A stretch of 64,000 nucleotides of DNA from Selaginella moellendorffii (lineage: Eukaryota; Plantae; Lycopodiophyta), in the NCBI RefSeq assembly GCF_000143415.4, contig NW_003314301.1, forward strand, positions 1,232,981 to 1,296,980, written 5' to 3'. Position 1 is the stretch's first letter. Each line of letters opens with the position of its first letter. The position numbers were made by a program, and so were the translations under genes. The notes under the pieces are model-generated. The model saw only the letters and a program-made list of their open reading frames with translations, was not told where the DNA came from and made no database searches. This document shows, piece after piece, positions 36,676 through 49,821 of this stretch.

Positions 36676-39285
36676 TCACGAGGACAGCTTTCTCGGATAA
36701 CAATCATCAAAGAAGGAGCCCTTATCGACGAGCTGTGCGAGCGCACTTCTCATCTTCTCCAGCGAGATTGGCTTGAAGATGACACCGTCCATGCCGATGC
36801 TGGAGCACCGCTCGCTCGTTTGCCGGTCGTGAGCCGCGGTGAGCGCTACCACCAGCGGCCTCTCGTGCCGCTTAAACATGTCCTGGATCTTCACAGCCAC
36901 CTCGAATCCGTCCGACTCCGCCATATATACATCTACCAGAACTAATCTAAAGCTTCTACCTGGTTGCGCCAGCAGCTGGAGGCACTCCCGAGGAGATCCC
37001 ACCGCAAAAGCATCGCACCCCAGTCGTAGCAAAAGACCCCTCGTCACCATCCTGTTTGCTCTGTAGCGACGAAAAGGAAAACAACAGAGTTTTAGAGTTT
37101 CTTCTTCTTGCTTTCGATCGATCGAAAGAGCAAATCTCTTTCGACCGATCGGAAGAAAAGAAAGCGCAAACTTGACGTACCCGTTGGCATCCATCACCAG
37201 GACTCTGAGACCGGTGACGCTTGTTCTTGGAGACGAGGAGGGTGGTACTTGCTGGAGAGCGTACGAGACCTGATCCACTGCGTCTGGGATCGCAAGCCTG
37301 ACAACGTAGGAAACTGTACAGCCGCGATTTAGTCCCTCGCTTTCGAACCATATGTTCCCGTCCATCAAGCTCACGAGGCTGAAGAACAACGATCCTCGTC
37401 TTAGATGAAGATCTAGCAATACAAAAGGAAGATGAATCTAGTACCGTTTGGAGATGGCAAGGCCGAGTCCTGTGCCAACTTGCTTTCTCGATGACACTGC
37501 CGGCGCTTGGATAAACTTGTTAAAGAGTTTGGGAATGTCTTGTGGATTGACTCCAATGCCTGTGTCTTGGACCTGGAAAACGGAGCAAGCAAAACTTAGA
37601 TTATGGAAGGAGAGAAAAAACAAAGCGAAAGCTACCTGTACTCTTATGTAGCAGTGTTTTTCACTCGGGACAACGTAATCGGAAGCCTGAAATGACTCAG
37701 GTTTTTCCAAACGTACTGTGATGGAGACGCTCCCCTCCTTTGTGAACTTGACAGCATTGCCAACAATGTTTAAAGCGATTTGCACGAACCTCTTGTCGTC
37801 CCCGCAAACAAACTCCGGAAGCTCTGATCCCAGGCAGAGCGAGATTGCCAGCTTTCGCAGCGAAGCCACAGGCTTCACCAAGTTTAGCACCTGCAACAAC
37901 TTCAAAGTCTTAGATCGAGACTTCCTTAAAAAGATCTTCGTACACACCTCTCGAAAAGTCGCAGGCAAGTTGAAGGTACGTTTCTCCAGCTCCAAGCTGC
38001 CGTCCTCGAGCCTTGAAACGTCCAGGACATCATTGATGAGCGTTGCCAGTAAGTTGCTGCTGTTGAGAATGGTGTCCACCATCGCTCGCTGCTCCTGGCT
38101 CAAGCTCGTATCTTGCAGATGCGACGACGCAGCAATGATCGTCGACATGGGAGTCCGCATCTCCCGATCCATGACTGCCAAAAAGTCGTTCCTCGATCGC
38201 AAAGCCATCTCGGCCTCCCGCTTGGACGCGTCCAGCTTCACATTCTGAGCGATGAGAGTGTCCCTCTGCCTGATCGATTCCTCGAGTATAGCCGCGTGAG
38301 AGAGAGCCACGGCCACCTAGAAGAAACCATTGTAAGAAACGAAGCAAAAAATCGGTTTTTCTTCTCGTACCTGGCCAGCCACAGCTTCGACGAGCTCGAG
38401 CTCGTGTAAGTGCCAAGTCCGAGCACTGTCCGAGGGAAGCATGAGCACCAAAAGCGCGTAGGGAACGTCGCCACCTTCCGGCCAGTAGCTGATGTTAAAG
38501 TTTTCGACGTGTAGAAGCGGTACTCTGACGGCCACTACCTCTCCCGGGAGATACTTCCCAGCTCTCGGTCTGATAGCAGCCACCGGACTCGTCGCTGGGA
38601 TGTTCCTCGCTCGGTGCGTGCAAAAGACCGGCTGGATCGAGGGGTGATGCACAGGAACCGTAACTCGTCCGGGATTTGTACTGCCGAGCGTCCGGCAGAG
38701 ATGAAGTTCTAGGCCATCCCTTGATGGCATCCAAAGAGCGCATTCTTCCAAGGCTAGAGCTTTCCCGAGCTCCACCAGAGTGGTGTTTAAGATGGTGTCT
38801 CGGACGAGCGTGAAACGGATCTCGTGAGTGAGCATCCGGACGTGCTGGACTGCCTCGGCCTGCGTCCGGATCAGTCCCATCTCTCGGTCGAGCTCGTCGG
38901 CCTTGTTCTTGAGAAAGAGCTCCCTGGTCTTGACGCTGAGGAGATCCGGGATGATGGTCACGAGTGTCACTGCCGTGGCACACGAAACGATGGCCGTGAG
39001 GATCTTGGACATGATCATGATAAAAGCCACGGTTCGCGAGTGAGAGGTCATAGTGAGCATGTTGATAGCGTGAGTGGAGCCGCAGAGAACGATGAAGGCC
39101 CCGAACTGGACGAGCACCCACTTGTATGGAAAGACTGCCGATTTCTTGACGAAGTAGATGAGCTCGCAGGGAATGGAGAAGTAGGCCAAGGCGATGAAGA
39201 AGTCCGACACATACTGCGACTTTGTGTAGATGTCCTCCGGCAGCCACGGCCAGAGCGAGTCCATACAATTGCAATCCATATCCAT
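36676..39285 (-). CDS. ETR1: Ethylene receptor, ETR1-like (3 TM, GAF, His-kinase-like, receiver)
   Basis: [22 protein letters not shown] (Cys/His copper site), [23 protein letters not shown], receiver LVLVDVYM. Confidence 0.9.
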
Positions 39286-42200
39286 GATCCAGGAGCTGAG
39301 GTGAGTGTTGTCGATGCTCAAGGCGTGATTTTTCCACCAGAAAAACGCGATTTTGCTCACACCATGGAGAAGATCCTGCACACCACCGAGAGGACCATCT
39401 CCGTGAGAAGAGTTTTCTCAAGGGGCTTCTAGCTGGAATGGCTTGTAGACTAGTAAATGATCCTGAATCTAGCAAGTCTAGGCGCAAAACCGAAGCTTAC
39501 CCGGATGTGTGGGATGCTATCGGGACAGCCTGAGCTTCCACCTGAGCTTGGGCCAATTCCAGCAGCTCTTGCCCGCCTTGGGAGTCCCGACCATCAACTT
39601 CTCCATCGAATCCAGCGGCACCAGAGAGAACAGCTTCGCTGCCGCTGGCCCCAAAACGCTTCCTTCCCCGGACAAGCGGAGGCTCTGAAACGCTCCCGGA
39701 GGAAAGAGTAAGAAACTCGCCCCTTCCCTTGTTCCTGCTCTCGTCGCGGGCCAGCAGCAGCAGCAGCAATGGTAGCAGCAGCGCCGACAGATTGAGCAAA
39801 CTTCCCTTGAGATCCGAGCAGAAAAATGGCTCTTTTCTGAGCCGGAGTGCGTTGTAGGCGTCGTAGCAGTGCTGCTGTGTGAGCAGTCGAATGCTGGAGA
39901 AGATGACCACTGTGTGGATGCATATAGTCATGGAATGAATACTACTAGTTGCCTTCTCCTGTTCATCCCCCCTGGATCAGCGTCAAAGCAAAACCCTGCT
40001 ACTTATTGTTTTTGCGAGAGTGCGTGTAAACGCTTTTTCCAACCATTTTTTTCCAGCCCTGTAGGTAGATTAAATAAACACTACCCATCAGCAAAGCGAT
40101 CAGGCAAAATGACTATAGGTAGAAAAACGACCATCGTAAATCTTAACTCAAGGAGAAAAACTTATCCTACCTCCTGCCACTTGCAAGTTTGCTTTCGCTT
40201 CCATTCCGCGTCGCCGGTTCGTAGCAAATTGCAACTCCAACTCTCGAGATGCCTGTGAAATCAACATTCCAAGTTGCGTAAAACAATGCTAAACCTGACA
40301 AAACAGGAATCCTAGATCGCCAGTAAGAACCATAGCAAGAACAGAAACAAAGAAAAAAAAATGGATGACAAGAACAACTTGCTTAATTCACTCACGCAAG
40401 CAACCAAGCAATCAGTCGATCGAGAGTGCGAAAAAGAGAGGAACAGACCAAGGGATCAAATTGCTACGGTCTTGGTTGCAACGAGGAGGTGCCGCAATCA
40501 CTCAAAGGCGCGTGTCCCCAAGCATGCCTTTTCTATTCTTTTCTCTTTTCCTCTCGCGTTGCTCTACACAAGCAACTTTGTCCGTTGGCCTATTGTCAAC
40601 CAGTTTGTCAGCCACCTTGTATGCAAGATATATTCCACGATGAGAAGCACAGACAAAAAAAAAAGAGCAATAAAAAGCTTACCCCGCACCGGTTTCCTGA
40701 CGAGATTCAAGGCACTGTGATTCATTTCGGTGAACTAGAAAACGATTTAGATGAAATCAATGACGACGGACCAGCTAGCAGGACCGATTCGATTACTAAA
40801 CAATGGAAACAATGAATCCAGAGGGGCTTAACTTACGAGTTTTCTGGGTATCGGGATTATCTCTCACATGGCAAGCAGGTTGGTACAACGAAAACAGTGC
40901 CTGCAACGAGAACGAAACAAAAGGGAAAAAAAATGTTAACTTTGATCCATCAGTCTCGAAGAAGGCCAAAAAAGAGAGAGAGAGAGAGAAATTGATCTAA
41001 GCTTGGCTTACCAGTACATGGTACGAAGTGCGAATCGAGATGATCTCATTCCACTTCCTGTAGCTTTTGGCATGGTATAAAGAATTGGGAATCTTTGCGC
41101 TTTGGAAATGGCCAAAACAAAGATCTGATTTGTGCAAGGCATTCAAATCGACCGTGTGAGTGATGGATGGATCAAGAAACGATTAAAGAATGCAGCACAC
41201 AAACCTTGTTCCTTGATGCGCAGCATAAAAAACTGGAAACCAGTGCATCCCCTTTGGCCGCGTATCGCACTTCCTGTTCAGTCATTGCGACTGCCAAAAG
41301 CCCTATCCTAAGAACCCTAAAATTTAAATTTCTGGGGTCCTCATTTTATGTCTTGGATTGGCGGGGAGATTAAGTTTTTTCTTCCTTTGTTTTCCAGCGA
41401 GTTCGCGGAAGCCATCGAAAAATCTTCCAAGGATTACTGTTTGAGAATGCTCGCCTTTTGGTTTATTGCAGCGATCCTATTCGCTAACGCTGCGATCAAA
41501 CTTCTATCCAGATGATGAAAAGCGTCCTTGATGCTCACACTTTGGGCGAGAGTTTTTGTGGATCGCAAGCATGAGGTCAGTGAAAGGGTTTCTTACTTCC
41601 TTGTTCTAATCTTGTCTTTCTTTTTTTTTCGTTTTGGTCACGCTCGAGAATGAATGATCCAACAGGGGGAATTTTCTAGAGAGGATCTTTCAGTAGAACA
41701 GCGCTGCAAGCATGACGAAGTCGAGCTGGTCCAGCGGAAAAGGAGCGAACACTGTTTTGGTAAATTTTCTCACTGTTAGATCTTGTGCTACTGCTAATCA
41801 AACGTCGCAAAGTTTCCACAGAAAATCTGTCAAATCTGGACGACGTAGAGAGGCGATATGAGAAGAAAAATGGGAGCGTATCACGAGACGCTACATGTAT
41901 GGAGATTTACTCTCGCGTCTGCTGCTCTGACTCGTCTTTTTTTTTTTTTTTTCCTTTGTTTTCTTTCTTGTCCTTGCTTTGCTCATGTTCTATTCCTATG
42001 CAGGACAGGACAATCTATGTTCTTGCCTTTCAACTGTCGAATGCTCTGCTTGTGATCTTTGTTTTCTTGTGATGCTGGGTTTCCATTTCTGACTTTTGAA
42101 AGCACACCAGGCTGGAATGAACGATGCCAGGAGTGAAGTTGTAGAAGTTTCGACAAAGAAATCACGGCTCGCAAAGGTACGTGGATCGAAGTTTTGCAAT

Positions 42201-42369
42201 AGAAGGACAATTGGAGTTTTGGAAGGTTGATCAAAAAAGATATGCTACTTTGAGAGGATCGAGTTTATGTGTCACCCGCATTTGCATCATAATAGTCTAT
42301 TCGTTCCTTTTTTGTCAGCTAAAGGACTATCCATCCAAGTCAGCGGCTGGCCATGCGAGATCGACGCTA

Positions 42370-43448
42370 TTCCTTACGGGACAAGAGGTTACGTTTGATC
42401 AAGTCATGGAAGAAACAGTAACTCTAGCAAGTCGTTGGCGGGCAAGGGGATGTTGTGATGCTACTGGCTCCAAACTCGATATACTATCCGCTCGCAGTGA
42501 TGGTCATTGCCAGGATTGGAGCTGTAGCTGCAACTCCCAGTGATCTGCTAAAGACGTCGAGTTTCCAAGCCAGGCTTCCAAACGCGAATATGACTAGCGA
42601 GCTCTTAGTACCTCCTGGAAACTATAGTTGGGGACGAGGATGGATCGTTTTTTCTAGCAGAAAATCCCGGAAAGCCAGTGAAAGTACGAGCTGTGCGAAT
42701 TCACAGAGAATCCAGCAGCTATCCTATACTCGTGTTTGCTCGCGGAGAATTATATGGCAGTGCTCTTCCCGGGCATACAACGTTGCTCTGCATCTTCTCC
42801 GGGCTGGTAACAGTGACTTTGAAGCAGCTCTACCTTGGGAACCGGTTCGGTTGTGAGCTGCGTACAATGCTAGCGGGGGGCGAAAGCTCTACCGAATCTC
42901 GCACATCGCGAAGTTCTTGCAAAAGGTAGCCCACATTTTCTAAAACCTCCAGTGTTCTAACGCTCTCTCTTTTATCTTCTCGAGACCACTACGTACGAAG
43001 CTACATCCTTTTAAGTCACTTCCGTTCAAATACTTCTTTCTTTCAGGTGTGGCTTTCTTCTGCCGGACTGAGTAAAATGTTTTTTTCTCAGCTGAGCTTC
43101 ACAGCTTCAGTTGGAACTCTGTTCTCCATTGTGGAAGCCAAAGTTCCCAACGTGCCTTCGAGGACGGCACACTGTTGGCAGGAGGACGCTCTTCAACAAC
43201 AATGCTCGACATGAACATATCTACAAGGAACCTTTTATTTTCTAATGTATGGTGTTTATACAGGCTACGCCTCGGGTGATCTTGTTTTACTTTGACGGAA
43301 ACTTGTTCGTGGTGAACAGGATCAAAGAGCTCATCTCCCTTCAGGCCTCCAAGATCCTCTGTACTGTTCTTGGATGCTGCCGTGGTAGCGTAAGTTTTGA
43401 TCAGGGGAGGTAGGACGACGATTCCAAAGACGTCGCCAGGGATTTTTT
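42370..43448 (+). pseudogene. Deleted and frameshifted inverted copy of the 4CL-like gene at 30893-32883
   Basis: Near-identical stretches ([34 protein letters not shown]) with intron remnants retained. Confidence 0.85.
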
Positions 43449-43860
43449 TGCATCATCCATCCCGCCGGATTTTTACACGCACCAAGCGAGGAACATCCCG
43501 GCGACGCTGCTATCAGGCTGAGAGCTGGCCAAGTATCTCTCCGAGGCCGGAAGTTGACGACGTCTCTTTGGACAGTTCTCGGACTTGGCACTTACACGAG
43601 CTCGAGGCATTGGAAGAAGAAGATTTCTTGTTTCATCCAATGGTTTTTCTTCTCGCATCATAAGGTGGCTGGCTCTCTTGCACGCGCCTATACTCGAGGA
43701 ATCGGAGGAACTAGTTCATGATCGGAGATGCGACTATCATTGTTGCATCAGTCGCCAAGATCCGTACGCAACAAGCGGTATTCTCAACAGCAGCAATTTA
43801 CTGGGAACGCTCATCAATGATGCACGAGAGAAACGTTCCTTCAACTCGCCAGCAACGCAA
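43449..43860 (+). pseudogene. Inverted fragmentary copy of the ETR1-like gene (about 37960-38650)
   Basis: e.g. CGGACTTGGCACTTACACGAGCTCGAG and TCTCAACAGCAGCAA..ACGCTCATCAATGATG match the receptor gene; intron remnant retained. Confidence 0.85.
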
Positions 43861-43877
43861 GGGGTGGTGGAGGAATC

Positions 43878-44470
43878 TCGGACTTGATGCCCGAGCTTGT
43901 ATCGAGGAATCGTTGGCAGGCTTCCATTCTCGGGTGTCCTCAGCTCCAGATGCGTGTGCCGGGCGTGGAAAACGAGCCCAGCTTCCGGACCTCCTACATG
44001 GACAGCACTAGGTTCTTCCCTCATAAGGATTGTATCCAGGACAGCAGTGGCAAGGTGATGCACTGGGATCCTTGCAGTGACACAGTGTGCCGTCTCCCAA
44101 GACAAGCGCCTCGTGCTCGCTTGCTCCTGGTGTCTCTGCTCTGTCAACCGCACCCAGTGCTCATACAAAACAAACTGGCTTGTATGGATTCAACGTTTAG
44201 CAGGTTTGTTCAGTTTGATGTGGCAACCAACACGATCACGTACAAGAATCTCGGGATCACGCTATACAATAAGCTTGGGCTGTCGTGTACGGTAAGTCTG
44301 GCTAGCTGGAGGGGAAAGCTCTACATAGTGTGGCTAAGGCAGGTGTTTGGTCAGAATGAAAGAGGTTTGTGCTGAGTCGAGTGATGAGAGTAGAGTATTT
44401 GAAAGGATTACATCCCAAGTTTGGTGGTCAAGCTGATAACTACTTGAATTTTTATTATTATTATGGATGT
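43878..44470 (+). pseudogene. F-box gene pseudogene (copy of 45847-46781)
   Basis: Shared segments IQDSSGK, PVLIQNKLAC, FVQFDVA, LASWRGKLY, GQADNYLN, with deletions. Confidence 0.8.
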
Positions 44471-44489
44471 AATACTCCTGATAAGCAGT

Positions 44490-45780
44490 TTGTGGACGTT
44501 CTGGAAAGTTGGGATGAGTTGGATGTTGTTGTGCTTCTGGCCAGTGCCCTCTCATTCCTCAAAGGATTGCAAAAGATGGATCCAATCCCAGATGGAAGAT
44601 GAGGAGATTGTCCCAGAAATAATAGAATACAGGCACACCAAATCCTTGTCAATGGACCTTCTCATCACAACAAAGATTATGTAATTTACTATTTGGATCG
44701 TGCAAAGGTGTAAGGTGTATAAAGAGCTTCTAGGAGCTGCTAAAAGAAAGTGACAAGGTCCTGCTACTTTGGGTGGACGAGGCTGCTGAACTAAGTTCTC
44801 TAACTTTTGCGCATGCTCAATTATGTGTCTACAGCAATGTGCTTTTTCAGCATTGTTATTGGGACAGACAAAAGAGTGGCAGAATTTATGGCCAAAGCTC
44901 GCGAGCAAGGCTGTTAAGCAGCGTGAACAAGCTGTGGGAAGAGCGACGTGCATGCAGGCAGTGAAACGAGCCCGAAACGAGTGCTGCAACACGGACGGCC
45001 TCTCTGGGATGCCTATATGACTCGTGTTGAGACGGAGAACAAGGTCATGGCCACGGCTAATCTAAGAAGCTCATTGAAAAGGATGTCACTTTTCCAAGGT
45101 GGGTTGCTGTAGAAGTTGCGGTTGCCGTATTTGCATGCCTCATTGGGGACACTCCCACAGCAACTAACTGCTTGTACACTGCTAGTGCTGTAAAGCCTGC
45201 TCTTGCTGTTGTAGGTGGTGAGTTGCTTCACTACAACGAGGATATATCCAAGCTGATAGAGGTTTGTGTGGATGGGCTGGTGCTGGAAGGTGTTCGTGGA
45301 GAGATGGCAGACTTGTCATGCTCTTCAGCAGTACGTCAAACCTGTCAGCTTGCACCAGTATCTGGAAACTTTGTTTGGTAAAGTGGCCATGGAGGAGCTG
45401 ATGCAGTGCTGCGGCGATTTTTTAGGCAGCATTGTCTTCTTTAATTGTTTCATTCCCCCTTCAAACAAACTATATAGTAAGTATTACAAGAGGTAGGAGA
45501 AATGAGAGCATTCTGATCATTCCAGTTAAAACCTCTGAACAGGAACCCAGTCTGGTCTTTGAGTTTGAGCAGGAGCCCAATAAAACCCGTTGGACTGGGT
45601 ATAACTCAACCATTTTCTGGTTTTTTTTTTTTTTTCCTTTTTTTCTTTTGCAGTATGTGGCCATTCCACCAAGGAAAGTAAGTTGGACGAGGAAAGATTG
45701 GATCAACAACTCAGCATGTCTTTTCAAGCTGGAGCAACTGAGTGGTACAACTTTACCAAAGTTCAGAAGGTGACGGATGT
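44490..45780 (+). pseudogene. Degenerate copy of the P-loop NTPase/REase-like gene at 47400-49000
   Basis: Colinear similarity (DVLESWDE, YRHTK, YLETLFGKVA, VFFNCFI). Confidence 0.75.
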
Positions 45781-45846
45781 GCTATATTCAAAGATCTACC
45801 TTAACCAATAAATAATTTTTTTCATAAGGTTCTTTGCTAGGGTACA

Positions 45847-46781
45847 ATGTCGGGCTTGATGCCAGAGCTTGTGGGAGATATCCTTCGCAGGCTTCCAATT
45901 TCGAGTGTCCTCGCCTCCATATGCGTGTGCCGCGCGTGGAAAGCAGCGGTGGATGACCCCAGCTTCCAGAGCTCCTACACAGACAGCGCTAGGTTATTCC
46001 CCGAGAATAATTATATTCAGGACAGCAGTGGCAAGATGATGTGCTGGGAGCCTCGCAGTGACAACGCTCCCGACTGGCTGTGTGCCGCCTCCCAAGGCAA
46101 CAAGCACCTTGTGCTGGCTCGCTCCACAAAAGTTAGAAAACTCTACGTTGGGAATCCCTTCTTCAACAGGTGGGATACTTGGAAATTTGGGACGTGTCCA
46201 GGGTGTTCCTCTTGGCCACTGCCGGGCAGCAGTTCAAGATTGTGGTGTGGTTCTGGGATGGCACCATCCACACCTTCAGTCGTGGCCAGACGCAATGGTG
46301 TCAACACATGGTGGCTATGTCCCCGCTGAGCCCGGTGCTCATACAAAACAAATTGGCTTGTATAGATGCCCTCTATCGCGAGTTTGTCCAGTTTGATGTG
46401 GCAAGCAACACGATCACAATCAAGGATCTCAACCCCTTTCCCGCGGAGGTTCAGTCCATCTGCCTTGCTAGCTGGAGGGGAAAGCTTTACATGGTATGGC
46501 TGTTTGCCAAAGGCCCACGTTTCAACACTTCTATGTTTACAATCCAGGAGGTTTGTGTTGAGAGTGGCGATCCCATTGCTGTGGTGAGCACCCATGTCGT
46601 ACAAGAATTGCATCACTTCACCTTTGATGGCCAAGCTGATAACTATTTGAATGTTTGTGGATATAATAAGTATAAGGTTGTTAAATTGTACCCATTTTCA
46701 TATGATTTCGCTACAGATAGTTGGGCTGATAAAATCTGTAGTCCTCCCTCAGCACCTCTAGATGTGAGGCTTTGTAAATGA
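45847..46781 (+). pseudogene. F-box protein, apparently frameshifted near 46170
   Basis: N-terminal F-box LMPELVGDILRRLPISSVLASICVCRAWK; coding continues in another frame (46170-46781). Confidence 0.7.
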
Positions 46782-47399
46782 TCATACAAAAATATTAAAT
46801 GGATTATGTGTAACAGTTTTTTATATGATATAAAATACATTAAGGTTATAATACAGAGACTAATTAAAAGCCTCTACTCCAGCGGTTGCCATCCAGATCG
46901 TGCGAATCCAATGTCCTCTCTTTTATAGGTGTCGTGTACCTCTGGTTTTAGGTCATGACCGCACCCTTGAAGATTCAGGGTGACAACAACTGTGGATACA
47001 TTCCAGATCTCTGAAGAACGGCATTGACAGTAGGAAAGAAGATTTTCTCTGGTGGGATTTACAAGAAGATCAAATTCTGAAGGTGACTGACTTTGTTTTA
47101 TTTAAATGATTCTTTTGCATTGAAAAGGCCACCTTCCCAAAATGGCGCGCGCATAAGTGTTGAAAATGGTATAAGAATCTTTTGGTTGCACCATGTGGTT
47201 TTCCTTAATAGCTGCTTGGCTACGGAACTAGGCCGCCTGTATTTCAGGATGTTCTCACCGGCAGATGGGTATCCAGGGAGATACAGGGATTGTGTTTTTG
47301 GACTTCGGCAACGATCTGCCGGCGCTTGTGAAATCGCTGCTGGCTTGCAACACGTACGGTGAGGTGATTCGTTTGTTTCAACTCTAAGACCTAACAAAG

Positions 47400-49000
47400 G
47401 CTGCAGCGATGGCTTATCTCGGGCAAGACATGGATGCGGCCAGGAGTGCTTGGAAGATTGATTACACTGGATAAAGCGATGTGCTCGAGCTTGTGGAGAA
47501 GTGCGTGAGGAGATATGCCGCTTGTTGGCATCCAGAAGAGAAATGCGTTCCTTTGGCACCTTTGATTCAGAGCAGTATCTGGGGCAAATCGCGACTCATG
47601 TGCGAGCTCTGGCGCGCAGGCATGCATTTCCTGTACATTTCCTGCCTCAAGGAGAAGAGCACGGGCTTTCCTCGTCGCACCAAGCATCTTCCGGACGTTC
47701 TGGAAAGTTGGGATGAGTCGGATGTTATTGTGCTTATGGCCAGCGCCATCTCAGTGCTCAATAGATCCTCAAAGGACTGCCAAGCATGGATCCAGTCCCA
47801 GATGGAAGATGGGGAGATTGTCTCGGAAATAATGACAGAATACAGGCACACCAAACCTCTTGTCAATGTACCTTCCCGTGACAACAAAGACGATGCACCT
47901 TACACTAAGGCATATGGGAACCTTCTAAAACCAAAGCTAAAGCTGCTAGAAAAAAGTGGCAAGTTCCTGCTGCTCTGCGTGGACGAGGCTGCTCTTTGAC
48001 CTTTGCACGATTCAGGAGGATGCTCAAGTATATGCCGCAGGAAATTGCTTTTTCAGCATTGTTATTGGGACAGACAAGACTGTGGCAAACTTTATAGCCA
48101 CGTCGTACAAGGACGATCCAAGCTTGCGAGCAAGGCCGTTAAACAGCGTGAATAAGCTGTATGACCCGGGAAGAGCGACGTGCTGGTTGACCATGCAAGC
48201 AATGAGATGAGTCCGGAACATGTGGTGCAATATGGACGGCCTCTCTGGGCCGCATACATGAGTTGCGTTGAGACAGGGAACAAGGTCGAGGCCACTATTC
48301 AGCTGGCCATAAAGAAGCTCCTTGGAAAGAATGTCAACTTGAATGCTCCAGGACTATCGTTAAGATTTCCAAGGACAGAAGAAGAGTGTACACTGCTAGT
48401 GCTGCGGAGCCCGCTCTTGCTGTTGCAGCTGCGGAGTTGCTTCACTGCAACGGCGATGCTTACCTGTGCGAGTTTATATCGAAGCTGATTGAGGTTTGCG
48501 TGGACGGGCTGGTGCTGGAAGCTGTTTGTGGAGGGATGGCGATCAGACTTGTCATGCTCTTGGGCATGCACGAGTGCACGAAGTCACAGAAGTACATCAA
48601 ACCTGTCCGCCTGCAAGAGTACTTGGAAACACTGTTTGGGAAAGTAGCCGTGGAGGAGCTGAAGCAATGCTGCGGTGACTTTTCAAGCAACATGGTCTTC
48701 TTCAACTGTTTCATTGCCACCATGTCAATGCCTTCAGTTAAACAATATAGGGACTATTACAAGAGGGCCTCTGCCATAATCTGTAGGAAAAACGAGAGCA
48801 TTCTGGACCTGATCATTCCAGCTAACCAGGAACCCCGTCAGGCCTTTAAGTTTGAATGAGATTCGTCAGACTGGGCTGATCAACGCTCTTTCAAGCCGGA
48901 GCAAATGAGAGCGAAATAATTGTAGAGGATGGTTGTGTGGTTACCAAAGGAACGGATTACAGTTTCACCAAAGATCCGAAGGTGAAGGATTTGCTGAAAG
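47400..49000 (+). pseudogene. P-loop NTPase plus restriction-endonuclease-like protein (Crinkler/CR-type architecture), frameshifted
   Basis: Walker A-like IQSSIWGKSRL, Walker B LLLCVDEA, GRPLW, AEPALAVAA, AIICRKNESILDLIIP; spread over several frames. Confidence 0.55.
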
Positions 49001-49184
49001 TCCTTGCAGGCACAAACGATTTGGAGAAGAGGTTTTAAAGGGTTTAATTCCTTTGGTAAACTAGTAACTTGATTCATTTATTGGTTCCACACTGATAACA
49101 TCGCCAGCTTCTTGTCATTTCCTCAAACTTCTCAAAGAAGGAAAGAAAAGAAGAGAAATTTGGGCAAAGCAAGCAAGCAAGAAG

Positions 49185-49821
49185 ATGCATAGCCACTGGA
49201 TCAGTGTCACCAACATCATCATCCGATTCCTGGGGATCATCTTCTCCCTGGTCGCATTCTCTTTGATGGCTTCCGCAAACAATGGAGCTCATGACGATTC
49301 CAGGATCTCTTACGCTTCCTTCAGCGCTCTCAAGTAAGAGTTTCTTCTTTCGTCAGTCCATTCTTTTCAATTCCCTCGTTTCTAGATATGTGATAGCCGT
49401 CAATGTTGTGGCTTGCCTCTACTCCATCATCCAAGTCATTCTTTTCATCGTACACTTCGTCTCCAAAGGATGGATCCACGTCCCCACTCCCGAGCTATAC
49501 TACTTCACATACTTTTTCGACCAGGCAAGATCTCGCAACCTCTATTTCTTTCTCGTCCGAGAAGCAATTAAATTACTCAAACAATGATTGACGAACGAAT
49601 CAAATCTCCTCGTCTCTATCTTATAGGTGTTGGCGTACCTCTTGTTCTCGTGTTCTTCTAGCGGAGCCACGGCAATCGACATGATCGCCGATTTCAAGCC
49701 AGCGGAGCTCTCGGGTTTCTACTCCAATGCCGCTGCTTCAGTTGCTACGAGCTTCATGGCTTTTGCCGTGCTCGGCGTGTCTAGCTTGATGACGGGCTAC
49801 CACCTCGTCAAAAGCGGCTAG
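49185..49821 (+). CDS. CASP-like (MARVEL, 4 TM) protein, 3 exons
   Basis: IIRFLGIIFSLVAFSLMA, YVIAVNVVACLYSIIQ, YFFDQ/VLAYLLFS..SSGA. Confidence 0.85.

Noticed and set aside
38495-39487. Long alternative-frame and antisense ORFs over the ethylene receptor
   Set aside because: Expected from GC-rich codon usage in a real gene.
39900-42300. Several 60-130 aa ORFs upstream of the ethylene receptor
   Set aside because: No recognisable motifs; probably UTR introns, intergenic DNA or decayed fragments.
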